A DNA stretch of 61,612 nucleotides from Candidatus Limnocylindrales bacterium (GCA_037720745.1 JBBJNS010000001.1:1-61612), one strand, 5' to 3'; numbered from the stretch's first letter, positions 1 to 8,076 are shown. The notes: generated by a model not told the origin, from the letters alone. Numbers and translations are program-made.

Positions 1-1303
1 TCAGGCTGTGCGAGTGATCGGTGAGCACCTGGTAGGCGTAACCACGCCGGCGCGCTGCCTCGGCCCAGACGTCGATGGGCTTGGAGCCGTCGGACCACTC
101 CGAGTGCGTGTGGCAATCGCCCTGGAGGTCGGAGACATCGACCAGCTCCGGCAGTCGACCCTCCCGGGCGGCCTCGATCTCCCCGCGGTCCTCCCTCAGC
201 TCCGGCGCGATGAAGGGCAGGCCCAGGAAGTCGTAGACCTCCTCCTCTGTGGCGAACGTCCGGCGCTCGGCGCCCTGCCCTGCCAGCGCCTCGCCGTCCT
301 CGCCGAGTCGCGTGAAGCCATGTTCGGAGAGGCTCCAGCCACGGTCGCGGGCGAGCTCACGCAAGCGCACGTTGTGATCCGCGGACCCGGTGAAGTGGAC
401 CAGGTACGTGCCCGTGGCGCCGAGCGGCATGGTCATCACGTCAAGCTGCGGGCCGCGCAGCAGCTGCACGGTGGTGCGCAGCTGTCCCAGCCGTCCGCCA
501 TGGCCACCCACGCGCTCAACGGCTGCCGAGGCATGCAGCGCTTCGATCAGATCCCGCCCGCGATCGGTCTCGACCAGCAGGTCCAGGTCGCCGACGGTCT
601 CGCGCCGTCGTCGATAGGATCCCGCGGGCACCACCGAGCGCACACCCGACACGCCGCCCAGCAGGATCCCCAGCCGCTCCAGGATCTCCGACGCCTGGCC
701 CAGGCGCATGCGCCGCGGCGGTCGCTTCCGCAGCTGCTCGAGGCCATCGATGATCTTCTTCTCCGTCCGCTCGCTGATGCCCCGCACCGCGCGCAGGCGT
801 CCTGCGCGAGCGGCGACCTCCAACTCGTCGAGTGAGGTGATGCCCAGCGCGCGCCACAGGTCGCCCGCTGTCCGTGGGCCCAGGCCCGGCACCGCCAGCA
901 GCGTCACTAGCGACGGCGGCACGTCGCGGCGCAGCCGCTCGTAGAAGCGCAGTCGCCCGGTGTCGGTCAACTCCGCGAGCTTGTCTGCGATGGCCTTGCC
1001 CACCCCGGTGAGCGCAGGAGGCGCGTTGCGCCGGTAAGCCGCAGCCACATCCGCCGGGCTGTGTGCGATGGAGTCGGCCGCGCGCCGGTAGGCGGCCGTC
1101 TTGAAGGGCAGCTCGCCCTGCAATTCCAGCATGTCCCCGATCTCGTAGAAGATCCGCGCCAGCTCGACGTTGGCCAGCAGCGGCACGTCGTCACCGCGCG
1201 AGGCGCGCGGCCGGGACTCATAGGGCGGATCGTCCGGATCGACCGTGACGACCTCGGCCGGCGCAGGGACCGGCGAGTCGGCCTCGCTGAGCGCTTCTTT
1301 CAC
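1..1303 (-). CDS. polX: DNA polymerase/3'-5' exonuclease PolX (pol-beta-like N-terminus plus the start of the PHP domain; the C-terminus runs off the window)
   Basis: Absent from the ORF track because it has no stop codon inside the window. Hand translation of the minus strand gives VKEALSE...PLLANVELARIFYEIGDMLELQGELPFKTAAYRRAADSI (HhH/polX N-terminus). It continues to ...GLPFIAPELREDRGEIEAAREGRLPELVDVSDLQGDCHTHSEWSDGSKPIDVWAEAARRRGYAYQVLTDHSHSL (PHP motif) at base 2. The GTG at 1303 overlaps the upstream stop (GTGA). Confidence 0.8.
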   Translation of the reverse strand, partial: MKEALSEADSPVPAPAEVVTVDPDDPPYESRPRASRGDDVPLLANVELARIFYEIGDMLELQGELPFKTAAYRRAADSIAHSPADVAAAYRRNAPPALTGVGKAIADKLAELTDTGRLRFYERLRRDVPPSLVTLLAVPGLGPRTAGDLWRALGITSLDELEVAARAGRLRAVRGISERTEKKIIDGLEQLRKRPPRRMRLGQASEILERLGILLGGVSGVRSVVPAGSYRRRRETVGDLDLLVETDRGRDLIEALHASAAVERVGGHGGRLGQLRTTVQLLRGPQLDVMTMPLGATGTYLVHFTGSADHNVRLRELARDRGWSLSEHGFTRLGEDGEALAGQGAERRTFATEEEVYDFLGLPFIAPELREDRGEIEAAREGRLPELVDVSDLQGDCHTHSEWSDGSKPIDVWAEAARRRGYAYQVLTDHSHSL

Positions 1304-2796
1304 GCCTCCGGCTTCACCGTCTCTCGCCTCGCCGCTGAGAGGGCCGGCTCATCCTCGGGCCGGAACTGCACGATCTCGCCGTCGCGCACCGTGGAGCCGG
1401 TGGGCACCGCGCCACCGGCCGCCACCTCCACGCGGTTCCGGCCCCGACGCTTGGCCAGATAGAGGGCGCGGTCGGCACCCTCGATCAGGGCCGCCACGTC
1501 CATGTCCTCTTGCACAGCCACGGCCACGCCCACCGAGACCGTCACGGGCCGCTCGATGCCCATCCGCTCGGGAGGCATCGCCTGGACTGCCGCTCGGACG
1601 CGCTCCGCCACCTCGACGGCCTGCGCCGCGCTGGCGCGGTGCAGGATGACGCTGAACTCCTCGCCGCCGTACCGGGCGGGGGTGTCCTCCGACCGGACGG
1701 TCGTGTAGATGGCCCCCGCCACGGCGCGCAGGACCGTGTCGCCCGTGGCGTGGCCGTAGCGATCGTTGAGGTTCTTGAAGCGGTCGATATCGATCATCAG
1801 GATGCCCAGCGTGTCACCAGCGCGTCGCCGAGGCCGGACGATGGAGATGATCTCGTCGAAGTAGCGCCGATTGGGCAGCCCGGTCAGGGCGTCGATGTTG
1901 GCGCGAGCCTCGGCCTCCTCCAACGCGTAGACGCGAGCCAAGGCGGCCGAGACCTCGCCCGACGCCCAGGTGAGAAGCCGCCGGTCGAGTTCGCTCCAGG
2001 AGTCGCGCGTCCGCTTGGAGAGCATCAGGGCGCCCACGAAGCGCGCGTCCGCGATGAGCGGCGCCGCCAGCGTGTGGGGCAAGCCGTATCCGGAGCGGAC
2101 GCGACGGGCCACCTCATCGGCCGCCTCCTGGAAGCGCAGGGCTGGCGCGACGATCGGCGGCACGCCCTCCATCCGTGCCCCGGTCGGTAAGGTCATGGCG
2201 AGATCGGCGGGGGTCAGCGACGCGCCGCCGTCGGCCGGCGCGCCCAGGATGTCCGGGCGCAGCAACGTACGCGAGGCCGGCACGGAGGCGCTCGCCGCCA
2301 CGAGCGTCACCTCGAGCGTGCCATCGGCCTCTGCCCGGCGAGCGACCACCACGTGGTCCGCACCCGAACTGAAGCGAAGCTCCTCCACGATGGCCTGCAC
2401 CACGGAATCCCCCGAGACGGAGCGTGAGAGCCCGTGGAGGATGCGCGTGAAGCTCGCGTCCCGGACCATCCGGCGGCGTCCGGGGCCAACCAGTCTGCGC
2501 TGCACGAGCACGACGGCCACGATGCCGGCCACGACCGGAGCCTGGAGGAGTTCGATCTCCGTGGGCGGCCCGTCAAGCAGCGACACGGTGGTGAGGCCGG
2601 CCATCAGCACGAGCAGGATGGCCAGGGCCACCCGGGCGCGCGGCAGCCGACGTTCCTCCCGTGCCGCGGCCGGAAGAGGAGGCATGGCAGTCTGGTCGTG
2701 CTGGGTCACGATCTGGTCGTGCTGGGTCACGATGTGCGGAGCATGGCGCGTATCGCCGTAGAGTGTAGAAAGCACGGTCCGCAGGGCCGCCTCCAC
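1300..2796 (-). CDS. Membrane-anchored GAF-GGDEF diguanylate cyclase
   Basis: 498-aa ORF with an N-terminal TM segment (VALAILLVLMAGLTTVSLL) and a central GAF-like region. The GGDEF domain reads DALTGLPNRRYF..IDIDRFKNLNDRYGHATGD..RYGGEEFSVIL..ADRALYLAKRRGRNRV. The start is uncertain: GTG 2796 or ATG 2685 (M38). Confidence 0.85.
   Translation of the reverse strand: MEAALRTVLSTLYGDTRHAPHIVTQHDQIVTQHDQTAMPPLPAAAREERRLPRARVALAILLVLMAGLTTVSLLDGPPTEIELLQAPVVAGIVAVVLVQRRLVGPGRRRMVRDASFTRILHGLSRSVSGDSVVQAIVEELRFSSGADHVVVARRAEADGTLEVTLVAASASVPASRTLLRPDILGAPADGGASLTPADLAMTLPTGARMEGVPPIVAPALRFQEAADEVARRVRSGYGLPHTLAAPLIADARFVGALMLSKRTRDSWSELDRRLLTWASGEVSAALARVYALEEAEARANIDALTGLPNRRYFDEIISIVRPRRRAGDTLGILMIDIDRFKNLNDRYGHATGDTVLRAVAGAIYTTVRSEDTPARYGGEEFSVILHRASAAQAVEVAERVRAAVQAMPPERMGIERPVTVSVGVAVAVQEDMDVAALIEGADRALYLAKRRGRNRVEVAAGGAVPTGSTVRDGEIVQFRPEDEPALSAARRETVKPEA
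2691..2732. repeat. Perfect 2 x 21-bp tandem duplication (tctggtcgtgctgggtcacga); each unit contains the dyad TCGTG-N6-CACGA
   Basis: Read directly: 2691-2711 is identical to 2712-2732. If the cyclase starts at 2796, the repeat encodes IVTQHDQ x2. If it starts at 2685, the repeat lies in the divergent promoter region. Confidence 0.9.
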
Positions 2797-2818
2797 GCTC
2801 CGATCGGGGTGCCACGCG

Positions 2819-4084
2819 ATGCTCTATCTCAGCCAGGCCATCGGCCGGCCGGTGCTCGACCGGCAGGGCGAGCGACTGGGCAAGGTGGCCGACCTGATCG
2901 TGGCCCTTGGTGATCCGTACCCGCCGGTCACCGGGCTCGTCATCTCCACCGGGCGGCGGCGCATCTTCCTCCCCTGGAGCGACGTGGCCTCCTTTGACGA
3001 GGGGGGCGCGCGGCTGCGCACGAGGCGCCTGGACATCGACCGCTTCCAGCAGCGGCCCAACGAGCTGCTGCTCTTCCTGGACCTTCAGGACAAGCAGATC
3101 GTTGACATCGACGGGCGCAAGGTGGTGCGCGTCAACGACCTGCGGCTCGACCACATCGAGGGGCGCCTGCACCTGGTGGCCGTGGATGTGGGTGCGGCCG
3201 GGATCCTGCGCCGGCTGGGCATCGAAGGGCCGTTTCGCACCCTCGCGCGGAACATCCGCCTGGATGTGCCCGAGCGCTACATCGACTGGGAGGACGTCGA
3301 CCCGGTCGAGAGCTCCATCGCCTCGATCCGCCTGCGCGTCCCGCACCAGGGCCTGCGCGAGCTGCATCCGGCCGACCTGGCCTCCATCATCGACGAGCTC
3401 GCCCCGCGCGATCGTGCCGGCATCCTGGCTTCACTGGATGACGAGGCGGCGGCCGATGCCATCGAGGAGATGGAGCCGGAGACGCAGGTCGAGGTCATGG
3501 AGGACCTTAGTCCGGAGCGCGCGGCCGACATCCTGGAGGAGATGAGCCCCGACGACGCGGCCGACCTCGTGGCGGACCTCTCTGAGGCCGCGCGGCGCCA
3601 GATCCTGCCGCTCATGGAACGCGACGAGGCCGACGAGGTCCGTCAGCTGCTGGGCTACCCGGAGGACTCGGCGGGCGGCATCATGACCACCGAGTTCATC
3701 GCTATCCCGGAGCACTTGACGGCAGCCCAGACCATCGAGCGGTTGCGCGAGCTGGAGCCCAACGCGGAGACCATCTATTACATCTACGTGGTGGGCGAGG
3801 ACGGTCGACTGTCCGGGGTGCTTTCCCTGCGCGACCTGATCGTCGCCCAGCCGGCGGCGCGAGTGATCGACTTCATGCAGCGCGAGCCGGTGGCGGTCGG
3901 TCTGCTCACCGACCATGAGGAGGTCGCCCAAGTAGTGGCGCGGTACAACCTGCTGGCCGTGCCGGTGGTGGACGATGAGGGGCGCATGGCGGGCATCGTG
4001 ACCGTGGACGATGCCATCGACATGGTCCTGCCGGGCGCCTGGAAGCGACGTCTGCCGCGGCTCTTCAGCCGGAGCGAGCAGTAG
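2819..4084 (+). CDS. Soluble PRC-barrel + MgtE N-terminal domain + CBS-pair protein (MgtE cytosolic sensor module without the MgtE membrane domain)
   Basis: 421 aa. The N-terminus has PRC-barrel-like repeats (IGRPVLDRQGERLGKVADLIV; DKQIVDIDGRKVVRVNDLRL). An acidic MgtE_N region follows (DLASIIDELAPRDRAGILASLDDEAAADAIEEMEPETQVEVMEDLSPERAADILEEMSPDDAADLVADL). A CBS pair follows (GGIMTTEFIAI..; LLAVPVVDDEGRMAGIVTVDDAIDMV). The ORF ends right after the CBS pair and has no TM helices. Confidence 0.8.
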   Translation: MLYLSQAIGRPVLDRQGERLGKVADLIVALGDPYPPVTGLVISTGRRRIFLPWSDVASFDEGGARLRTRRLDIDRFQQRPNELLLFLDLQDKQIVDIDGRKVVRVNDLRLDHIEGRLHLVAVDVGAAGILRRLGIEGPFRTLARNIRLDVPERYIDWEDVDPVESSIASIRLRVPHQGLRELHPADLASIIDELAPRDRAGILASLDDEAAADAIEEMEPETQVEVMEDLSPERAADILEEMSPDDAADLVADLSEAARRQILPLMERDEADEVRQLLGYPEDSAGGIMTTEFIAIPEHLTAAQTIERLRELEPNAETIYYIYVVGEDGRLSGVLSLRDLIVAQPAARVIDFMQREPVAVGLLTDHEEVAQVVARYNLLAVPVVDDEGRMAGIVTVDDAIDMVLPGAWKRRLPRLFSRSEQ

Positions 4085-4105
4085 TGGGGGGTCCTGTGCG
4101 AAGCG

Positions 4106-5470
4106 ATGGGTGATCCGGTGCGGCGGCGGCTGCCCGCGGCGCCGCGCATCGGTGTGCTGGCGCGGCTGCGCGACCGCCTCGAGCAGGGCGAGCTCCTGCG
4201 ACTTCGTTCGCGCTTCCGCCGGCGTCGCTTCTTCGCGTTTTTGGCCGTGTTGGGTCCCGGCTTGATCGCGGGCATCGCGGGCAACGACGCGGGCGGCATC
4301 ACCACCTACTCCGTGATGGGCGCCGAGACGGGCTACGCGCTGCTCTGGCTGTTCCCCATCACGCTGCTGATGCTGGCCGTGGTGCAGGAGATGGCCGCGC
4401 GACTTGGCGTCGTGACCGGGCAGGGCCTGTCCGACCTGATCCGCGACTCCTTCGGCGTGCGCTGGACGGCCTTCGCCATGCTCGTGCTGCTGATCGCCAA
4501 CTTGGCCAATACGGTGGCCAACTTCGCCGGTGCCTCCGCCGCGCTGGACATCTTTGGGGTGCCCCGTCTGGTGACCGTGCCCGTGGTGGCGGTGGCCATC
4601 TGGGCGCTGGTCATCTTCGCCTCGTACCGCATCCTGGAACGGATCTTCCTGTCCATCAGCCTCATCTTCCTGACCTACGTGATCGCGGCCTTCCTTGTGC
4701 GGCCCGACTGGGGTGAGGTGGGGGCGGCGATCCTGTCGCCCAGCCTGTCCGTGCCGGGCGTGCCCATCGCCACCACGCTTCTGCTGGCGGTAGCCGTGGT
4801 GGGTACGACCATCACACCGTACATGCAGTTCTACCTCCAGTCGGCCGTGGCAGAGAAGGGCATCGACGAGGAGGAGCTGCGGCTGGAGCAGGCCGACGCG
4901 GTGGTCGGCGCCGTCTGGACGAACACCGTGGCGCTGTTCATCGTGGTGGCCACGGCGGGCGCGCTGTTCGGCAGCGGCATCGCGCTGGAAAGCGCCGGCC
5001 AGGCTGCCGAGGCCTTGCGGCCAGTGGCGGGCGACCTGTCAGGCGCGCTATTCGCGGTGGGCCTCTTCGGAGCGAGCGTCCTGGCCGCCACGATCATGCC
5101 CATCAGCACGGCCTACGTGATCTGCGAGGCCTTCGGCTGGGAGTCGGGCGTGGGCAAGCCGTTCCGTGACGCGCCGGCGTTCTTCATCATCTACAGCTTC
5201 GTGCTCTTCTTCGGGGCGGCCGTGATGCTGCTCCCCGGGCTGGACCTGATCGGATTGATCGTGGCCAGCCAGAATCTCCAGGGACTGCTGCTGCCCGTGG
5301 TGCTCATCTTCATGCTGCTGCTGGTCAACGACCGGCGGCTGCTCGGCCGGCACGTCAACGGCCGCTGGCGCAACGTCCTTGCCGTGGGCGCCATCGGCGT
5401 GGTCGTGGTGCTGGACGTGGCGCTGCTCGGTGCAGGCCTGCTGGGAGCCGTGGGCATCGACCTCGGCTGA
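4106..5470 (+). CDS. Nramp-related divalent-cation transporter with a non-canonical binding site (NrmT/NRMT-like, candidate Mg2+ transporter)
   Basis: 454 aa, polytopic. The TM1 region LGPGLIAGIAGNDAGGITTYS aligns to the canonical Nramp ..DPGN.. motif, which here reads DAGG. The TM6 region VVGTTITPYMQFYLQS aligns to the canonical GAxVMPHNLYLHS, giving the changes A->T, M->T and H->Y. The gene lies 21 nt downstream of the MgtE-N/CBS gene. Confidence 0.8.
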   Translation: MGDPVRRRLPAAPRIGVLARLRDRLEQGELLRLRSRFRRRRFFAFLAVLGPGLIAGIAGNDAGGITTYSVMGAETGYALLWLFPITLLMLAVVQEMAARLGVVTGQGLSDLIRDSFGVRWTAFAMLVLLIANLANTVANFAGASAALDIFGVPRLVTVPVVAVAIWALVIFASYRILERIFLSISLIFLTYVIAAFLVRPDWGEVGAAILSPSLSVPGVPIATTLLLAVAVVGTTITPYMQFYLQSAVAEKGIDEEELRLEQADAVVGAVWTNTVALFIVVATAGALFGSGIALESAGQAAEALRPVAGDLSGALFAVGLFGASVLAATIMPISTAYVICEAFGWESGVGKPFRDAPAFFIIYSFVLFFGAAVMLLPGLDLIGLIVASQNLQGLLLPVVLIFMLLLVNDRRLLGRHVNGRWRNVLAVGAIGVVVVLDVALLGAGLLGAVGIDLG

Positions 5471-5605
5471 GGCGGCTCTGGCGGTGGAGTGGCGTATCGG
5501 GCGGCGTTCCCGTCAAATGTCCGCCACGTGGACGCTGATCGATATCTTGGCGCTCCACGAGGTCGACTCGAGATCCGAATAAGCCGCTTACGGCCACCAT
5601 CTTCA

Positions 5606-5632
5606 TGACATCACAATTGACTTCTGATGTCA
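5606..5632. promoter_or_regulatory. Inverted repeat TGACATCA-N11-TGATGTCA spanning the start codon of the RHH gene (candidate autoregulatory operator) in a locally AT-richer stretch
   Basis: Read directly: 5606-5613 tgacatca and 5625-5632 tgatgtca are exact reverse complements. TTGACT at 5617-5622 lies between them, and the ATG at 5627 lies inside the right arm. Confidence 0.45.
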
Positions 5633-5989
5633 CGCCACTATGCTACTCGTATGCCCGATGACCGACCGTCGCGAACGGTCTTTCCGCTTCGTTTCGAGAG
5701 TGAGCGTACCCGCGAGCTGCTTCGCCTGGTCGCGCAGCGCCAGGGCACTTCGATGAACCGCCTCGCCGAAGAGCTCATCGCGCGCGAACTCGAGGTGTTG
5801 GCTCTGGGACTCGAGCTCAGCCTGTCACGGACGGTGGAGCTGCTGCGCAGCTATCGAGGCGATCTCCGGGCCGACGCTTGGTCCGAGTTCGCCGAGGCAG
5901 AGTCGCTGCCTGAGCCGGTGCAAGGCCGGCGGACTCACCCCGACGCCGACCACTACGGTGTCGGTCGCGCGTTCGCCGTCGAGGCTTGA
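5627..5989 (+). CDS. Ribbon-helix-helix (Arc/CopG-like) antitoxin-type protein partnered with Fic
   Basis: 120 aa. The RHH-like N-terminus reads TVFPLRFESERTRELLRLVAQRQGTSMNRLAEELIAREL. The stop overlaps the fic start (ATGA at 5986-5989). Confidence 0.6.
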   Translation: MSRHYATRMPDDRPSRTVFPLRFESERTRELLRLVAQRQGTSMNRLAEELIARELEVLALGLELSLSRTVELLRSYRGDLRADAWSEFAEAESLPEPVQGRRTHPDADHYGVGRAFAVEA

Positions 5990-6648
5990 AGCACGGCCCC
6001 TGCCCCGACTGGGACGAGGACGATCCGAGGGATGCCCCCAAGATCGTCGCCAACATCAAGACCCTCTGGCCCACTATCGCGGCTGACGCCACCTCTCGCC
6101 CCGTACCCGCGCTCCAGCGTGCCCTCGACTGGCATCGGTCGATCTACGCCGGCGTCGCGGTCCCGCTACCCGACTATGTGGGCAACATCCGCGACACGGA
6201 CCCTGCTCATCCCTGCCTGATCGACTACGAAGTCAGGGTGGGACGAGCGGATGGCGTTCTGGCCAGAGACGTGCCGGCTGCCCTCGACTCGTTCTTCCGG
6301 GCAGCCGCTTCGGTCACCTCGAGCCTGGATGCAGCGATCCCCCGAAACGGTCAAGAATGGACACCGGCCCTGGTCTCGGCCGTGCTGCGACTCTGCGCCC
6401 TGGCGCACGGGGAGTGGCTCCGCATGCATCCGTTCGCCAACGGCAACGGGCGGACGGCTCGAGTCCTGGCCAACTGGCTCGCCGTCCGCTACGGACTCCC
6501 GCCCTTCGTACGGATCAAGCCGCGCCCGGCTGACGTGCTCTTCGCGGGTGCCGCCCAGATGTCCATGCGAGGGGATCACCGCGCGACCGAGGCCATGTTC
6601 GCCGCGATGCTTCAGGACGCGCTGGCACCTGTGGCTTCGGGTCCGTGA
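5986..6648 (+). CDS. Fic/DOC family protein (candidate AMPylating toxin)
   Basis: 220 aa. The Fic core motif is HPFANGNGRTAR, a variant of HxFx(D/E)GNGRxxR with N at the D/E position. Confidence 0.85.
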   Translation: MKHGPCPDWDEDDPRDAPKIVANIKTLWPTIAADATSRPVPALQRALDWHRSIYAGVAVPLPDYVGNIRDTDPAHPCLIDYEVRVGRADGVLARDVPAALDSFFRAAASVTSSLDAAIPRNGQEWTPALVSAVLRLCALAHGEWLRMHPFANGNGRTARVLANWLAVRYGLPPFVRIKPRPADVLFAGAAQMSMRGDHRATEAMFAAMLQDALAPVASGP

Positions 6649-6656
6649 AGCCGATC

Positions 6657-6678
6657 TCAGGCCGACCTCAGGCCGACC
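6657..6678. repeat. Perfect 2 x 11-bp tandem duplication (tcaggccgacc) that includes the stop codon of the MBL-rhodanese gene
   Basis: Read directly: 6657-6667 is identical to 6668-6678. The second copy begins with the minus-strand TGA at 6668-6670. Confidence 0.85.
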
Positions 6679-8068
6679 GCGCCTCACCGGTCTGGACCGG
6701 GTACCCCGCAGCGCGCCAGTCCGGGAGTCCGCCGCGCACTGCGCTGACGTCGCTGAAACCGGCCTGGCGGAGCAAGCCTGCGGCGACCGAGCTGCGATAG
6801 CCGCTGGCGCAGATGGCGGCGATGGGACGGTCGCGCGGCAGCTCGGCCAGTCGCTCGGGCAGATCGCCCGCGTGGAGATGCCGAGCGCCGGGGACGTGGC
6901 CCGTCTCGAACTCGGAGGCCTGGCGGACGTCGATGACGAGCATCTCCGGCTCGCGGCTGAGCTGGGCGCGAAGCTCATCCACGCTGATGGACGCGCCCGC
7001 CTCCACGTGCCCGCCGCTCGCCCGCCACGCAGCCAGGCCACCTTCGAGGTACCCCGCCACGTTCTCGTGCCCGATGCGCAGCGCCTGGCGGATCTGCCCG
7101 TCCCAGTCGTCCGCGGAGTCCAGCAGCAGGATCAAGGGGCGGTCGTGCGGCACGACCCAGCCCAGCCAGGTGCCGAAGGAGCTCCCCGCCGGGATGGATA
7201 GCGAACCGGGGACGTGGCCCGACGCGTAAGCGCTCGGCGAGCGGGCATCGATGATCAGCCCCTCCCCTGCCAGCAGGACAGGCACAGCGTCCACGCCAAG
7301 GGGCTGCGGCGCCGGCACGCCACCCAAGGCAGCCGGCCCCGCCTGGTTGGTCGGGCGCATGCGAGCGAAGTAGCGCGGGAAGGCAGGCTGGTCGGCCAGC
7401 AGTGCGCGCACGAATGCCTCCACCTCATCGATGGCCAGCAGCGGATCGTGGCGTCGCTCGAAGCCCACGGTCGACCAGGGGGTGGTGGCGATGTCCTTGG
7501 AGCACAGGGATCCACCGCCGTGCGTGGGCAACACCATCACGGAGTCCTCGTGGGGCAGCAGTCGGTCGTGCAGCGAGGCGTGCATCTGCCGTGCGTACGC
7601 TTGGGCGTGATCGGCGCCCAGCAGATCGGTCCGGCCCACGGCTCCCACCAACAGCGAGCCGCCAGTGAAGAGCAGCTGCGGCTCATCGGCGCGGGAGCGA
7701 TCTGCCACGGAGTAGCTCAGATGCTCAGGCGTGTGACCGGGTGTCTCGAGGACGCGAAAACGGAGCGAGCCCACGTCGAAGATCTCATCCCCACGGACGG
7801 CGCGATGAGAGTGGCGCAGCTCCGCCCCCGCGGCATGCACGTGCTCGGCGCCGGTCGTATCGGCCAGCTCGCGGGCGCCCGAGACGTAGTCGTTGTGCAG
7901 GTGCGTCTCTACGACATGGCTGATGCGCAGGCCACGCGTCCTGGCCGCGTCCAGGTAGAGGTCCACGTCCCGCCGCGGATCGACCACGGCGGCCACCCCA
8001 GCGGCGTCATCGATGACCAGCGCGCTGATGTGACCGAGCCCCTCGATCACGAACTGACGCAACTCCAT
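6668..8068 (-). CDS. MBL-fold persulfide-dioxygenase-like hydrolase fused to two rhodanese domains
   Basis: 466 aa. MBL motifs are HLHNDYVSG and TPGHTPEH. There are two C-terminal rhodanese domains, the last carrying the active-site loop CASGYRSS. Confidence 0.85.
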   Translation of the reverse strand: MELRQFVIEGLGHISALVIDDAAGVAAVVDPRRDVDLYLDAARTRGLRISHVVETHLHNDYVSGARELADTTGAEHVHAAGAELRHSHRAVRGDEIFDVGSLRFRVLETPGHTPEHLSYSVADRSRADEPQLLFTGGSLLVGAVGRTDLLGADHAQAYARQMHASLHDRLLPHEDSVMVLPTHGGGSLCSKDIATTPWSTVGFERRHDPLLAIDEVEAFVRALLADQPAFPRYFARMRPTNQAGPAALGGVPAPQPLGVDAVPVLLAGEGLIIDARSPSAYASGHVPGSLSIPAGSSFGTWLGWVVPHDRPLILLLDSADDWDGQIRQALRIGHENVAGYLEGGLAAWRASGGHVEAGASISVDELRAQLSREPEMLVIDVRQASEFETGHVPGARHLHAGDLPERLAELPRDRPIAAICASGYRSSVAAGLLRQAGFSDVSAVRGGLPDWRAAGYPVQTGEARSA

Positions 8069-8076
8069 GAGAAACG

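Noticed and set aside
8-835. 275-aa plus-strand ORF at the window start
   Set aside because: It is antisense to a minus-strand frame that translates into clear PolX HhH and PHP motifs. Its own translation is an Arg/Ala/Gly-rich, high-GC shadow with no motif.
2686-2818. M-box or other Mg2+ riboswitch upstream of the MgtE-N/Nramp-related operon
   Set aside because: At most about 130 nt are available, and only about 22 nt if the cyclase starts at 2796. That is too short for an M-box, and I saw none of its conserved helices.
5471-6660. Mobile genetic island carrying the Fic pair
   Set aside because: The composition is locally AT-richer. However, there is no integrase, transposase, tRNA attachment site or flanking direct repeat. 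The 11-bp duplication at 6657-6678 belongs to the 3' end of the neighbouring gene.
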